Shown here: one piece after another, positions 1-12,762 of the stretch
How positions within the stretch are numbered: position 1 is the first letter of the stretch
How the letters are laid out: each line of letters starts with the position of its first letter
NCBI GenBank assembly: GCA_028534125.1
Contig: CM052816.1
Span: forward strand, 80,354,001-80,418,000
Length of the DNA stretch: 64,000 nt
Source: Lama glama
Taxonomy: Eukaryota
Direction: 5' to 3'
The notes under the pieces: generated by a model
Databases searched by the model: none
Seen by the model: the letters and a program-made list of their open reading frames with translations, nothing else
What the model was told of the DNA's origin: nothing
Program-made: the position numbers and the translations under genes

Positions 1-211
1 AAGCCAAAGAATGTGGAAGCTTCTAGAAGCTGCAAAAGGCAAGAAAACAGCCTCTAGAAAGGAAGAAAGGTAGCTGTGCTAACACTTTAATTTTAGCCCA
101 GTGAGACCCATCTCAGACTTCTGACCTCCAGAACCATAAGATACTAAATTTGTGTTGTTTTAAGTCACCAAGCTTTTGGGAACTTGTGACGGCAATAACA
201 GGAATCTTACA
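1..211 (+). mobile_element. MaLR LTR (MLT1-type), 3' portion truncated by the window edge
   Basis: Typical MLT1 3' motifs: 'ctagaagctgcaaaaggcaag', 'ttttagcccagtgagacccatctcagacttctgacctccagaac...aaatttgtgttgttttaag', ending near 'ggaatcttaca'. Confidence 0.75.
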
Positions 212-999
212 CCTACCCCTTGAAATGTAGTGGTGTGTAGGTATCCAGTCTGAAGTCCTTCGAACTACCCACTCCAGGCCTGTGAACACAACCTTGCACT
301 TGGCGTACTGCTTTGACTTGGCTGCCCTGGCTCCAGTGAGGTTGGATGAGTTGGTATCCGCAACCTCTCACTGAACACTTACGGTTGGCTGGAAGCCATG
401 GAGAACCAGTATGGGGCCAAATTCCTCCTGAATGGACTGAGATGGTGGGCTTCAGCCCAGTAGCACAAAATCTTGGCTGGATTATCCCAGGAAATTCTCA
501 GGATGAGCGGCAAGCTCTCTGGTTTGTGGTACTCTCTCAGTGATGTAAAGCTTGAGCCTCAGATTGGTTTCCCCTTCCATGGGCAGCCTGTGCAGGTAAA
601 CTGGAGAAATCCCTTGGCACCTTCTTGGGCTGACTTACTTCCTCTACTCTCCTGGTTTCCTTCTGGGTCAGTGGAGGCGGGCTTAGAACAGTAGAAAAGC
701 ACCAGAGACCTGCTGACTCAGAGTGGCTCACTGTCCCTTGGTCTCAACATCTCATGGTACAGATGAAGGGACTTGTCCAGCGTTGAACCAGCGGATTAGC
801 CCAGACCATTTCCCTTTGTGTGAATTGGCAAAAAGAAAAATTGCTGGTTATTTTTTCAAGTGGAAGCCCTAGTAGGCGCTGGAAAAGAATCACAGACAAG
901 GGCGGCTGAGGAGTCTTGGAAGAGCAGTGTTAGGAAGTTTGGGAACTGGGAGGAGAAAAGCAAGAAAGGGGGCAGCACTGAGCTGAGGAGGGTCTGGGA

Positions 1000-1870
1000 G
1001 CGGGGTCTCCTCTGCCCCATCTCTGCGCCCAACATTTTCCGCCAGTGTGAGGGGCTGGCCTGGGGGCCTCTCACTCGCAGTCCCGCCCAGGGTGACTCTC
1101 CCTAGGCTCCCCTATTTGGCCGGCTCGGCCGGGCTCTGGGCGGGGCCGGCGGAGCGCGGGGGTGGGAGTCCCGGAGGAAGATGCGCGGAGCTGGGGGCGA
1201 GGCCCCGCGCACAAGGCGGAGGGGTGGGGATCTGCGGTGGGCTGCGCCCGCCCGCTCTGACCCTTTCCGCACCCCGCGGAAAGCAGACGCTGTCAGCTGA
1301 ATCACTCCCCTTTCAGGAGGAGGGAGGGAACAGAAAGGTAACTAGCCCCTTTATGCTTAAAAAAGCAAAGGGAGATCGTGGGCAGCCCTGCAGCCTCTCC
1401 TTCCCCACGCCTGGACCATGCACCCCTGCATCTTCCTGCTCGGCCACAGGCGAGGACTTGATTTCTTGAGCTGAGAGCTAAAACTTGTTGACTTTTCTTC
1501 TCCCCAACAACTGAATCATGCCATGTGCCCAGAGGAGCTGGCTTGCAGACCTCTCCGTTGTGGCTCAGCTCCTGAACTTTGGGGCCCTTTGCTATGGGAG
1601 ACAACCCCAGCCGGGCCCGGTGCACTTCCCGGACAGGAGGCAAGGTTAGTGACTTTTTAAAAATTTCCTTGGAAAACCGCAGTGGTAAGGCTTCGTGAAA
1701 AGTTGGTTGCTCCCTTTTCCCTTCCCCCACTCTACTGAACTCCGCAAAGCCGTTTGGCCGAATTGCCGGTTGCGAGGAAATCTGGTCCGGGAGCTCAGTA
1801 ACGCGGGGCTTGTCAGACTTCAGTGTTTAAGGTGCGATTCCTTACTTCTTACTGAAAGGCGAGGATCCCA
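1000..1870 (+). promoter_or_regulatory. ADAMTS12: CpG-island promoter and 5' UTR region of ADAMTS12
   Basis: The densest CpG and GC-rich stretch in the window. It has a GC box GGGCGGGG at 1138-1145 and surrounds the exon 1 ATG. An AP-1 site TGACTCA lies upstream at 714-720. The exact TSS cannot be determined from sequence. Confidence 0.85.
1518..1644 (+). CDS. ADAMTS12: ADAMTS12 coding exon 1 (signal peptide and start of prodomain)
   Basis: ATG at 1518 translates [42 protein letters not shown] plus one G, matching the mammalian ADAMTS12 N-terminus. It is 127 nt with a phase-1 donor AG|GTTAGT at 1645. Not in the ORF track because it is too short. Confidence 0.97.
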
Positions 1871-2949
1871 ATCCCTTTTACACTAAGGATGCTGCAGTGA
1901 GGACTCCAGAGGTAGCTGGCAATCCTCCTCCCCTTTTGTCTCCTCGGAATGCTGCACCGTTTCAATCCCTGTTTTCAGATTCTGAACGCGGAAAATGTTT
2001 TTTTGTTTTTTAAATTCCAACTGGCCATTGGCAGTCATTGCCATGTTTCTAGCTAGTTTTAAACTTATGGTGAGGGAAGGGGAAATGTGATTCCGCCCCC
2101 CTGCTGAGTGAGCTTGGCTGTGTTTTGGTTTCCTGGAAAGATTTAGGGCTGTGTTGTAAAAATAACAGAACTTTTGGAGAAAATTTCCAGCCACGGGGGC
2201 TCACCTCTCCCTGTCCTGTCTTCCTGATCACAGCTGGCTAATTCTCTTTGAGTTTCCCAAAACTCTTGTGATGCTATAGGAAAACTGGAGGAGTTGGGAT
2301 GGACAGTTTGTTTTTATGATCCTCCTTGTTGTTATTATCCATTTTTAAAACCTAACACCCTGAGCAGAATGGTACTGTTGCCTCTGCTTTTTTTATTGGA
2401 CTTGCAGATGTCAGAGATACTTTCCGTTTAGTGGGGAGTTGGTTGGGCTACTGGGAGAAAACAGTCACACGGCAGCAGTGGCCCGCGTGGCTGGAGCGTG
2501 TCTCATGCGCCAGGACTGCTAGGCACTCTGCTATGTCAGCCCCTTGACCACAGACAACAGCCTTCTGGGGTGCAGGGACTGTGGGTGCCATCCGTGCTTT
2601 ACACACAAGGAAGCTGAAGCCTGGGGAGTTTATAGGCTTAGCTATAGTGGAGTGAGGTTTTAAACCCAGGTAGCCTGACTCCAGAGGCTGGCTTCTTACA
2701 ACCAAGCATAATTGTCCGAGAGCAACAATAGAGACAATACACACACACAGAACACGGGGTTAGCATTCGTTAAGTCCTGTGTCTGCTGACTGTGCTCAAG
2801 TCTTGGGAAGCTTCCGTAGCTTCCTGACCCCCTTTAATCCCCAAGACCACTTGGGTGGCAGACATCACCAGCCTGACTTTGTTGGCGGTTTCTGCCTATG
2901 TTGTGAAGTTCAGACACTGGCTGGAGAGCTCCTCTGCTGTTGCCTTCGA

Positions 2950-3027
2950 GAGCCATCAGAAGCAGGTCCCTTTGCTTTCCTTGGAAGCGAGCCATCAGAA
3001 GCAGGTCCCTTTGCTTTCCTTGGAAGC
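2950..3027. repeat. Perfect 2 x 39 bp tandem duplication
   Basis: gagccatcagaagcaggtccctttgctttccttggaagc at 2950-2988 and 2989-3027. Confidence 0.95.
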
Positions 3028-3488
3028 CGGAGCCCACAGACAGCGGGGTGAGATGTCAGTCAGCCAGCACTGGCTTGTGTAAACTGTCCCGATACCATCT
3101 CCCACCCCCAAGTTTAAAATAGCAGTGTTTGTTGTCCTTTGAAAAACAGCCCTTTTGTGAAAAGTCCCTCTTCTGCCCGCAGCACAAACAAAGCCTGCGA
3201 GCACTTCCCAGGGCATTTGGAGATGATTTGGTTCAAAGACACACATTCTCTTGGGTTGGTTTTCAGCTCCGCTTGTTCCACATCTTCTTTGTTAAATGAA
3301 TTCAGCTCAGTGTGGAGCAGACTCCGCTGGGACTTGCTTTCTCTTCTCTGGAAAGTGAGAGATGGTTGTCTTCCTTGGTCACCTTTAGGGTATGTGCTGA
3401 GAGGAGCTGATACTGAAAAATACCTGTACAGTGCTCTGATCTTATTAGTAATGTATAGATACTTAGGCTTTAAAAATAATTTCAGATT

Positions 3489-4277
3489 TTAATTAAAGAC
3501 TTCAGTGTAAGAGCTGAAGCCATAAAACTCCGAGAAGAGAACATAGAACACTCTTTGACATAAATCATGTAAATATATTTTTTTGAATCTGTCTCCTCAG
3601 GCAAAAGAAACAAAAGTAAAGATAAACACATGGGACCTGATTAAACTCAAAAGTGTTTGCACAGCAAAAGAAACCATCAAAAAAATGTTGGTTTTATATG
3701 GGAGAAAATATTTGCAAAAGATATGACTGATAAGGAGTTAATGTCCAAAATATATATAAACAGCTCATATGACTCAATATTAAAAAAAACAACAAAATGA
3801 TTAAAAAATGAGCAGAAGTCCTGAATAGACATTTTTCCAAAGAAGATACATAGATGGCCAACAGGCACATGAAAAAATGCTCAGCATCACTCATCAGGGA
3901 AATTGCTAATCAAACCCACGATGAGATATCACCTCACATCTGTCAGAATGGCTATTATCAAAAAGTCAACAAATAATAAATGTTGGTGAGGGTGTGGGGA
4001 AAAGGGAACCCTTGTGCACTACTGGTTTGAATGTCAGTTGGTGCAGCCACTATGGAAAACAGTATGGACGTTCCTCAAAAAACTAAAATAGAATTACCGT
4101 ATGATCCAGGAATTCCACTCCTGGGAATATAGCCAAAGAAAACGAAAATGCTAATTTGAAAAGATACATGCACCCCAAGGTTCATAGCAGCACTATTTAC
4201 AACAGTCAAGACATGGAAGAAACCTGAGTGTTCATCAATAGGTGAATGAATAAAGAAGATGTGGTACATATATACAC
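3489..4277 (+). mobile_element. LINE-1 fragment (ORF2 C-terminal region), degraded
   Basis: L1 ORF2 3' motifs: 'gacatttttccaaagaagatacatagatggccaacaggcacatgaaaaaatgctcagcatcact', 'gatatcacctcacatctgtcagaatggct', 'ttcatagcagcactatttac'. It has frameshifts and no poly-A tail. Confidence 0.92.
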
Positions 4278-5353
4278 AGCTTTGATATTGTATTTGTTGT
4301 AGTTAACCATAAGCAGTCGCTGCCTGCGGGTTAGATATCACAGGGTTGGTGAGCTAATCCGATCAATCTCCTGTAGTGTATTTAACAACTTTTGAGTCAC
4401 CGTTTTGAAGTGATACGATTCTCCGCAACATTTTGGTGTATGTAGTTTTCTATAATAAAAATACAGTTAAATGGTTACAACAACACATGAAGGATAATTA
4501 TGAATATAAACTTCCTACTGTCACAGGAATTTCATTGCCCTTTGTAGTAACAAGTCTTAGAAGAAATTCAGTTGTTCTCTAAGATAGATGAGATACGAAA
4601 AATAGAGATTTAACCCAGACTTTACAAAGTCTAGAAGGTACATATTCGCTCACCTCTCTCCTTTCTTTCTAAGCAGAGGGTAAAAGATGACTTGGTGATT
4701 TGTGTTTTCAAAAGCAGTTGTCAAAACAGGCTTCCCTCAGTTTCTCATGGAGTGTCACCTAAACTTATGGCCAACGTTTCAAATCTAGTTTTAAACAAGG
4801 CAGATGAAAGTATTTGTGGCTTATGTTTTACATCCGGTGATCCTAGTGCAAATTGTGCTGTGATGAAGGGGTGTCTCAGCCCCACCCACAGCCTTGTAAA
4901 CACCCAACCTTGATGCCTGCTCCTCAGTGGTAGACCTTTGAGAAGAGTGAAGGCAGCGGTTAAAAGAGGGGGACTCTGGGATCAGATTGCCCCAGCATGA
5001 ACCCTCACCCCTCTTTATTGTCTTACAGAGGTGGGAATGAAGGCTAAGATGAGGGACGTGTATGTAACATCCCAGATAATTGTGAGGATTAGGCAAGACC
5101 AAGTTGGTATACTCTTAATGCCATGTTTGACCATAGAAATGGTGAAAATTAGGAGTTACTATTTCCTGACATCTTATTTCTCCATCCCTGTCATAGCCCC
5201 TCTGAGCCCTGCTTTCTATTGGCCGGTATGGTAGCTAGTTCATCTTTCAAACTCAACATCTACTGAGAGGAAGCCAAGATGAGTGTGGGCTTCTCCCCAT
5301 CTCTGCTTGGAGGTTGCATACATTTAAGGCCAGAGGGGTTCCTAGTAGCCTAG

Positions 5354-5719
5354 TTTCTTTTTTTCTTTTTGTTAATATATGTATTTTTATTGAAGTATAG
5401 TCAGTTTACAATGTTGTGTCAATTTCTGGCGTATAACATAATGCTTCAATCATACATGAACATACGTATATTCATTTTCATATTCTTTTTCACCATAAAT
5501 TGCTACAAGATATTGACTGTAGTTCCCTGCACTATACAATATGAACTTGTTGTGCAGTATGATTTTGCGAGAATCTTCCTGTATTTCGAAGCAAGAGACA
5601 CTGCTCGAGTTCTGTAAGTGTTCTGTGCGACTCAGTGGGTTTATAGATGTAATTCTTGGTGTATTTGTGGGAGAGGACGAGCAGTGAGTCTCTCTACTTT
5701 GCCATCTTGGCACCTCCCC
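5354..5719 (-). mobile_element. Bipartite L1 derivative: L1 5'-UTR start fused directly to L1 3' end and A-rich tail
   Basis: The minus strand begins ggggaggtgcCAAGATGGCaaagtag...tcctctcccacaaatacacc (L1 5' terminus, YY1-type motif). It switches near 5553 to the L1 3' terminal ~190 bp seen in other copies here. Confidence 0.75.
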
Positions 5720-7282
5720 TCAAGTTCCTATGTTTAATAGTAAGTTCTAGTGTTTAGATAATGTTATCTGTTAGATGGTGTTTTAAATCTATTACGTGTA
5801 TTGATATATTGAATTCCCATAACCACCCTAAGAGAGAGATACTATTTTTGTTATGCCCATTGTACAGATGAGCTGAGTACAGTTGGGCCGCCCACATAAA
5901 CCACACTCTGTAAGTGGCCTCCTATTTCCACCCACACCCATTGGCTGATGTGGCTCAGCTCCCTCCTTTATACAACCGGAGCAGTGAAACTGGTCTTACC
6001 TCCTATTACTCCTCCCAATAAAGAGATAGCTATTTTCTCCTTCATTGCTGAGCGAATTGAAGCTTCTAAAGAAAAGTCAAGCAGTTCTTTTCTTGTCTCA
6101 GATCACGATCCCCCGGGACAATGCTGTTCCCTCTGCTCTGTTATGCTCTCCGCCAAGGGCAGCTGCTTCTGTACACGAAGTGCGGTGGCTGAGGACACGA
6201 TTTTAAAATAGGAAGCACAAAATTTTAGTCCAAGGAATATTGCATGTTGGCTCTGTGACCTCTCTTAGATTTCGGTTTTTTAGTCTATGAAATGGGGATA
6301 GGAACTGGATCTGTGTCACAGAGTTGTTGTGAGTATTAGATGGGGAATATTAGAGCAAGTGCTCATGAAATGGTTCCTATACTTATTATCAGTGTATTAT
6401 TATACAGCCCGCTTATGCTGACTCTCTTAAAAGTGCATTAGATAAAAACCAGCTGGGTCAAAAGCTGTACATTTGTTTGCTCTTTTATTCTTTGAACAGT
6501 ATGTCCTGGAACTTAGGCAAGTTAGTCTTTCATTTTATATTTTCAGAAATTATGTTTAATGTTTTGAGATGTGTCTTTAGAGACAGGCCTTTCAGGGACA
6601 AAAGAGCTGCTTTTGAGAGGAGTCAGCATCTGGATGGGACCACATACAGGGGGTACCACTCCAAGATGAGTAAGTGGAATAAGGCTTTTTCTGCCCCAAC
6701 TGCTTTTCCTCTGCTCCAGCCCTGGAGGAACCAGAGACGTCACTGTGACTTGTAGAGGAAAAGTGCAGCAGGAGAGAGGTATTAGAGAAGCCGATTATAG
6801 CCGACCCCACCCAGCCTGGCCATTCCATGCCTGAGGTCTGGACTGGGGCGGGCACTGAAGCTCTGATACCAACTAGGTCCAAATATTCCTTGGGGAATGG
6901 GCAGGACAGAGGCCCGAGTCAATTTGACTCCTGGTTCACGCACACTAGTGTTATTAATTCGTGCATAACACGTTTCTTGTTTTGTTTACACATGCATTTT
7001 GGTCCCTATTCCCCACTCCCGTTCCTCCACATAAAAAACCCCTTTTAATGGGTTCCATATGTATTATTGTTCCCCTGTGTATTTCCCATTAATGTAAATG
7101 GCTCTGTATTAACTTGTTTTGTTTCTTATTTTTCACTGAGTGTTGTTTTTAAGGTTTGTTTGTGTTGCTCTGTGGCTCCTAACTGCTGCGGTTAGAAGCA
7201 ATGGGTCTGGACTTTTTACCCATAAAAACAGAAGCTACTTGTTAGTACCTGAGAGTGAAAACCGTGCTCTGTCCCATATTTC

Positions 7283-8238
7283 TCTCTCTCTCTCATTGAG
7301 GTATAATTGACCTACAGCACTATGTTAGTTCCTGGTGCACAACATAATGATTCAATATTTCTATATATTTCAAAGTGATCATCACAGTGCATCTAGTTAC
7401 CATTTGTCACCATACAAAGATATTACGAAAGTATTGACTGTATTCCCCATGCTATACATTTCATCCCTGTGACTCATTTGTTTGGTAACTGGAAGTTTGC
7501 ACCTCTTAGTCTCCCTCACCTATTTCACTCATCCCCCAACCCACTCCCCTCTGGCAACCACCTGTTCTCTGTATCTATGTATCTGTTGTTTTGTTATCTT
7601 TTTTAGATTCCACATGTAAGTGAGATCACATGGTATTTATCTTACTCTATCTGACTAATTTCACTAAGCATAATACCTTCTAGGCCTATCCATGTTGTTG
7701 CAAATGGTAAGATATCATTCTTTTTTAATGGCTGAGAATATTCCATTGTGTACCTATGCCACATCTTCTTTATCCATTCATCTGTTGTTAGACACTTAGG
7801 TTGCTTCCACATCTTGGCTGTTGTAAAAAATGCTGCAGTGAACACAGGGGTGCATATATCTTTTTGAATTAGTGCTTTTGTTTTCTTTGGAAAAATACTC
7901 AGGAGTAAAGAATTCCTCGTAGTTGTTTTTAGTTTTTTGAGGCCCCTCCATTAAGTTTTCCATGGAGTCTGCACTAATTTACATTTCCACCAACAGTGAA
8001 GGAGGGTTCCCTTTCCTTCACATTCTTGCCAACACTTATGTGTTGTCTTTTTGATAATAGCCATTCTGACAGGTGTGAGGTGATAGCTCATTGTGGTTTT
8101 GATTTGCATTTCCCTGATGATCAGTGGTGCTGAGCATCTTTTCATGTGGCTGCTGGCCATCTGTATGTCTTCTTTGGAAAAATTTCTATTCAGGTCCTCT
8201 GCCCATTTTTCAATCGGGTTGTTTGTTTTTTTGTGTTG
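7283..8238 (-). mobile_element. 5'-truncated LINE-1 with perfect 15-bp TSD
   Basis: ORF2 C-terminal remnants ([15 protein letters not shown]...[11 protein letters not shown]) plus 3' UTR. TSD tctgtcccatatttc at 7268-7282 and 8239-8253. Confidence 0.93.
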
Positions 8239-9044
8239 TCTGTCCCATATTTCATCCAAGGCACCGATGAATGACAAGTGTGTTTGAAGGCAGTTGTCTG
8301 GAAAAAAAGCTCTTTTATAATTGTACCCCATCAAGTCCAGTTTTTTTGATTAGCCAGCAAAAAACGTGTCAGTGCTATATCCACACATATGAATTGGGCA
8401 CCTGCGATGTGCAAGATTCTGACCTCCAAAGTATTTGGGAAGAAATAATAAACAAAAGGCATTGTGAAATCAGGCTGTTCTGGGAGCTACAGAAAGTGAG
8501 GACCTGGAAGTTCAGAAGTGGGAGAGAATTTCAACCAGGGACATTGGGAGAAGGAAGAAGGAGGATTTGAGTTGGGACTTTAAAACATAAGCAGGGAAAA
8601 TAGGATGTTGATAGAGAGTAGGAAAGACATTGTAATTGGGGAGGTAACTTGAACAAAGTAACACAGGTTACAAAGTGCAGGGAATACAGCTGGGAGGTGA
8701 TAAGTAGAACTTTCTCCCCTTTCTTTCTCTCCCTTCCTCTCCCTCCCTCCCCCTTCTTTGTTTTTTTTTCTTTCCTCCCTTCTCTCCATCTCTCCCTTCC
8801 TTTCCTTTTTTTGTTTTTTGTTTTTTTTGGGCTGAAGCAAAAAATTTAATCTTACTAAATGGCTAATGGTTTGCTTTAAGTAGTCTATACTCCAGAGCCT
8901 GATTCTTACTCCCCACTAGTTGGATTTCTTATTATTCTCAAACAGGAAAATGAGGAGGCAATGGTGGGGATGTAACTATGAGTAAGTCAAAAGGTGTTTG
9001 TGGTCTTGTGCATGGAAGGAAGGAACCAGTGTGCTTGTCTTATG

Positions 9045-10643
<1,599 letters not shown>

Positions 10644-10805
10644 TTACCATTTTATTTTGTATGTTTTGTGAAAATAAAGAAACACCCAAGTTCCCAGAAC
10701 ACATGCTGTATTTGTGCAAGGTTTGTCAGAGTATACATGATGGGTTCACTGGGTTTTTGCATTTCTCCTCCAGTCTGACTTAACTGGAAATTCTGGAGGC
10801 ATTTA

Positions 10806-11342
10806 TGTTACTGAGTCCAAACTTGTTCTGCTCCCTGCACAACAGGACAATAAATTGGGAGACAAGGTGTTGGGGCAAAGAGTTGCAACTTTATTCGGAA
10901 AGGTGGCAGACCAAGAAGATGGCAGACTAATGTCCTGGAGAACAATTTTCCCCTAGTCAGAATTCAGGCTCCTTTTATACTAAAAAGGGGAGGTGGTGTG
11001 GTTGTTTGTTGCAGACTTCTTGATGTAGGAATTCTTTGTTCTTGGAATCCTTTGTTCTTGCAGCTGTCCAGGTGGATCAGGTCATGGTGCCCCTGTAAAC
11101 CTCCAACAAAACAAACATTAGTTTATATTCTGCATCTTGTTATCTTTATATGAGTGCAAAAGTGTAAATATCCTTGAAGGTCAGAGCCTTGAGAATGGGT
11201 TGTCCTGTATATTTCAGGCTCTAGGCAACATTCTTTTACAAAATGTGCAGAGCTAGCAAGACTAAGCCTAGAAAACAGGGCACGGGGTTAAAGCCAAAGA
11301 AACAGATCTAATAAGGAGTCAGATTTGTTCTTTTCTGTTACA
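10806..11342 (-). mobile_element. ERV1-type solo LTR (MER41-like 5' start), 537 bp
   Basis: TG...CA termini. The minus strand starts tgtaacagaaaagaacaaatctgactcc, followed by TATAAAAG (~10972-10979) and AATAAA (~10890-10895) in LTR order. No clean TSD seen. Confidence 0.8.
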
Positions 11343-11650
11343 CTGTCTTACTGATCTTGCACATTTCCTAACAATATTCCTCACCAATGAATTCTCGTCT
11401 TAATTTGTCTCTGGTAAAACATCTGACAACGAGGGCTCTACCTTAGTGTCAGCTCAGAAGGCCCAGGTCACTCTGAGTTGTTCAGGGATTTAATATTGAT
11501 GGTATTTATATGGTGGGAAGTATCTCTAAACTTCACCTCGACAACAGGATTTTGCAATTAACAAGCTAAGTTCCAAACAGGGGATGTATTTGTCTTGCCG
11601 CAGACTCAGCAGGGATCTCTTAGTCTTATTTTGTGTCTCCTTTTTTTCAG

Positions 11651-12012
11651 AGCATTTTATCAAGGCCCTGCCGGAATACCATGTGGTGGCCCCTGTCCGA
11701 GTAGATGCGAGTGGGCATTTTCTGTCATATGGATTGTACCATCCGGTCTCCAGCAGCAGGAGGAAGAGAGATTTGGATGATCCTGAGGACCGAGTGTATT
11801 ACAGAATTTTACACGAGGAGAAGGACCTGCTTTTTAACTTGACAGTCAATCAGGGATTATGTTCCAAAAACTACATTGTGGAGAGGAGATATGGGAACCT
11901 CTCCCATGTTAAGATGGAGGCTTCCTCCGGTCCTCCCTGCCATCTCAGGGGCACAGTTCTGCAGCAGGGCACCAGAGTTGGGACTGCAGCCCTCAGTGCC
12001 TGCCACGGACTG
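11651..12012 (+). CDS. ADAMTS12: ADAMTS12 coding exon 2 (prodomain, Pep_M12B_propep-type)
   Basis: Encodes (E)[26 protein letters not shown]...SSRRKRDL...[11 protein letters not shown]. It is 362 nt, so 127+362=489 nt gives 163 codons, with donor CTG|GTGAGT at 12013. Furin motif RRKR at 11758-11769; sequons NLT (N105) and NLS (N125). Confidence 0.98.
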
Positions 12013-12540
12013 GTGAGTCACCCTCCTCCTCTGCCCTCAGTCCCCTACCGTCTTGGCCTGCACACCCACTGTCAATGGGTTTGCACATGCATTCAACACA
12101 TATGAAGTGAGCACTTGTGACGTGCTTGGTCCTGGCCTCCAAATGGGCTGAGAGAAAAATGCATAAAATTAAAAGTCAAGCAATCTGGGAGGTACGGAGA
12201 ATAAGGGCATTGAGGGTTCAGGGCAGGGAGAACTTCAACCTGGAACATCAGGGGAAGAAGAAGGAGGACTGGAGTTGGATCTTCAACCTCTAGGCAGCCC
12301 TGAGGGTGTTGGTGACTGGCTGGCTGGCCAGCCCCTTTTGAATTAGGAAAACCTGGGTTTGAACTGGGTGAGAGGCTTACTAGTAATGGTGGTGATGTTC
12401 GCAGCTGCTGTGATCCAGTCGTTGGTTGTGGGTAGTTTGTAATTAGATTTCATGATGGACCTTCGGCTGTCAGTTGATCCCTTATGCCTCTGTTTTCTCA
12501 TTTATAAAATCGAGATAATGACGGTACCCAACTCACAGAG

Positions 12541-12762
12541 CAGAGGTTGGCAGACTATGGCCCACAAACCAAATCTGGATCACCTCTTGTTTTTATGGAT
12601 AAAGTTTTATTGAAATGCAGATGTGCCAATTTGTTTATATTGTGTATGGCTGCTTTTGAACTACAACAGCCAAGCTGAGTGATGAGGATAAGGACTGTTT
12701 GGGGCCACAAGTCCCCAAATATTTGCTCTCTGGCCTTTGCAGGAACAGTTTGATGACCCCTG
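12541..12762. mobile_element. MER58-type hAT-Charlie MITE inserted in a MIR
   Basis: Termini cagaggttggcagactatggccc...tttgatgacccctg; internal 'ataaagttttattgaaa'. MIR sequence on both sides. Confidence 0.8.

Noticed and set aside
1047..1469. 140-aa GC-rich ORF, and the antisense ORF 1302-1730, in the promoter
   Set aside because: Non-ATG starts and stop-poor CpG-island composition. Only the ATG-initiated uORF portion was kept as a finding.
2950..3027. CRISPR-like repeat
   Set aside because: Two abutting copies with no spacers in a mammalian intron; a simple tandem duplication.
11584..12105. 173-aa ORF as a standalone gene
   Set aside because: It is ADAMTS12 exon 2 plus in-frame intronic read-through on both sides; canonical splice sites lie at 11650/11651 and 12012/12013.
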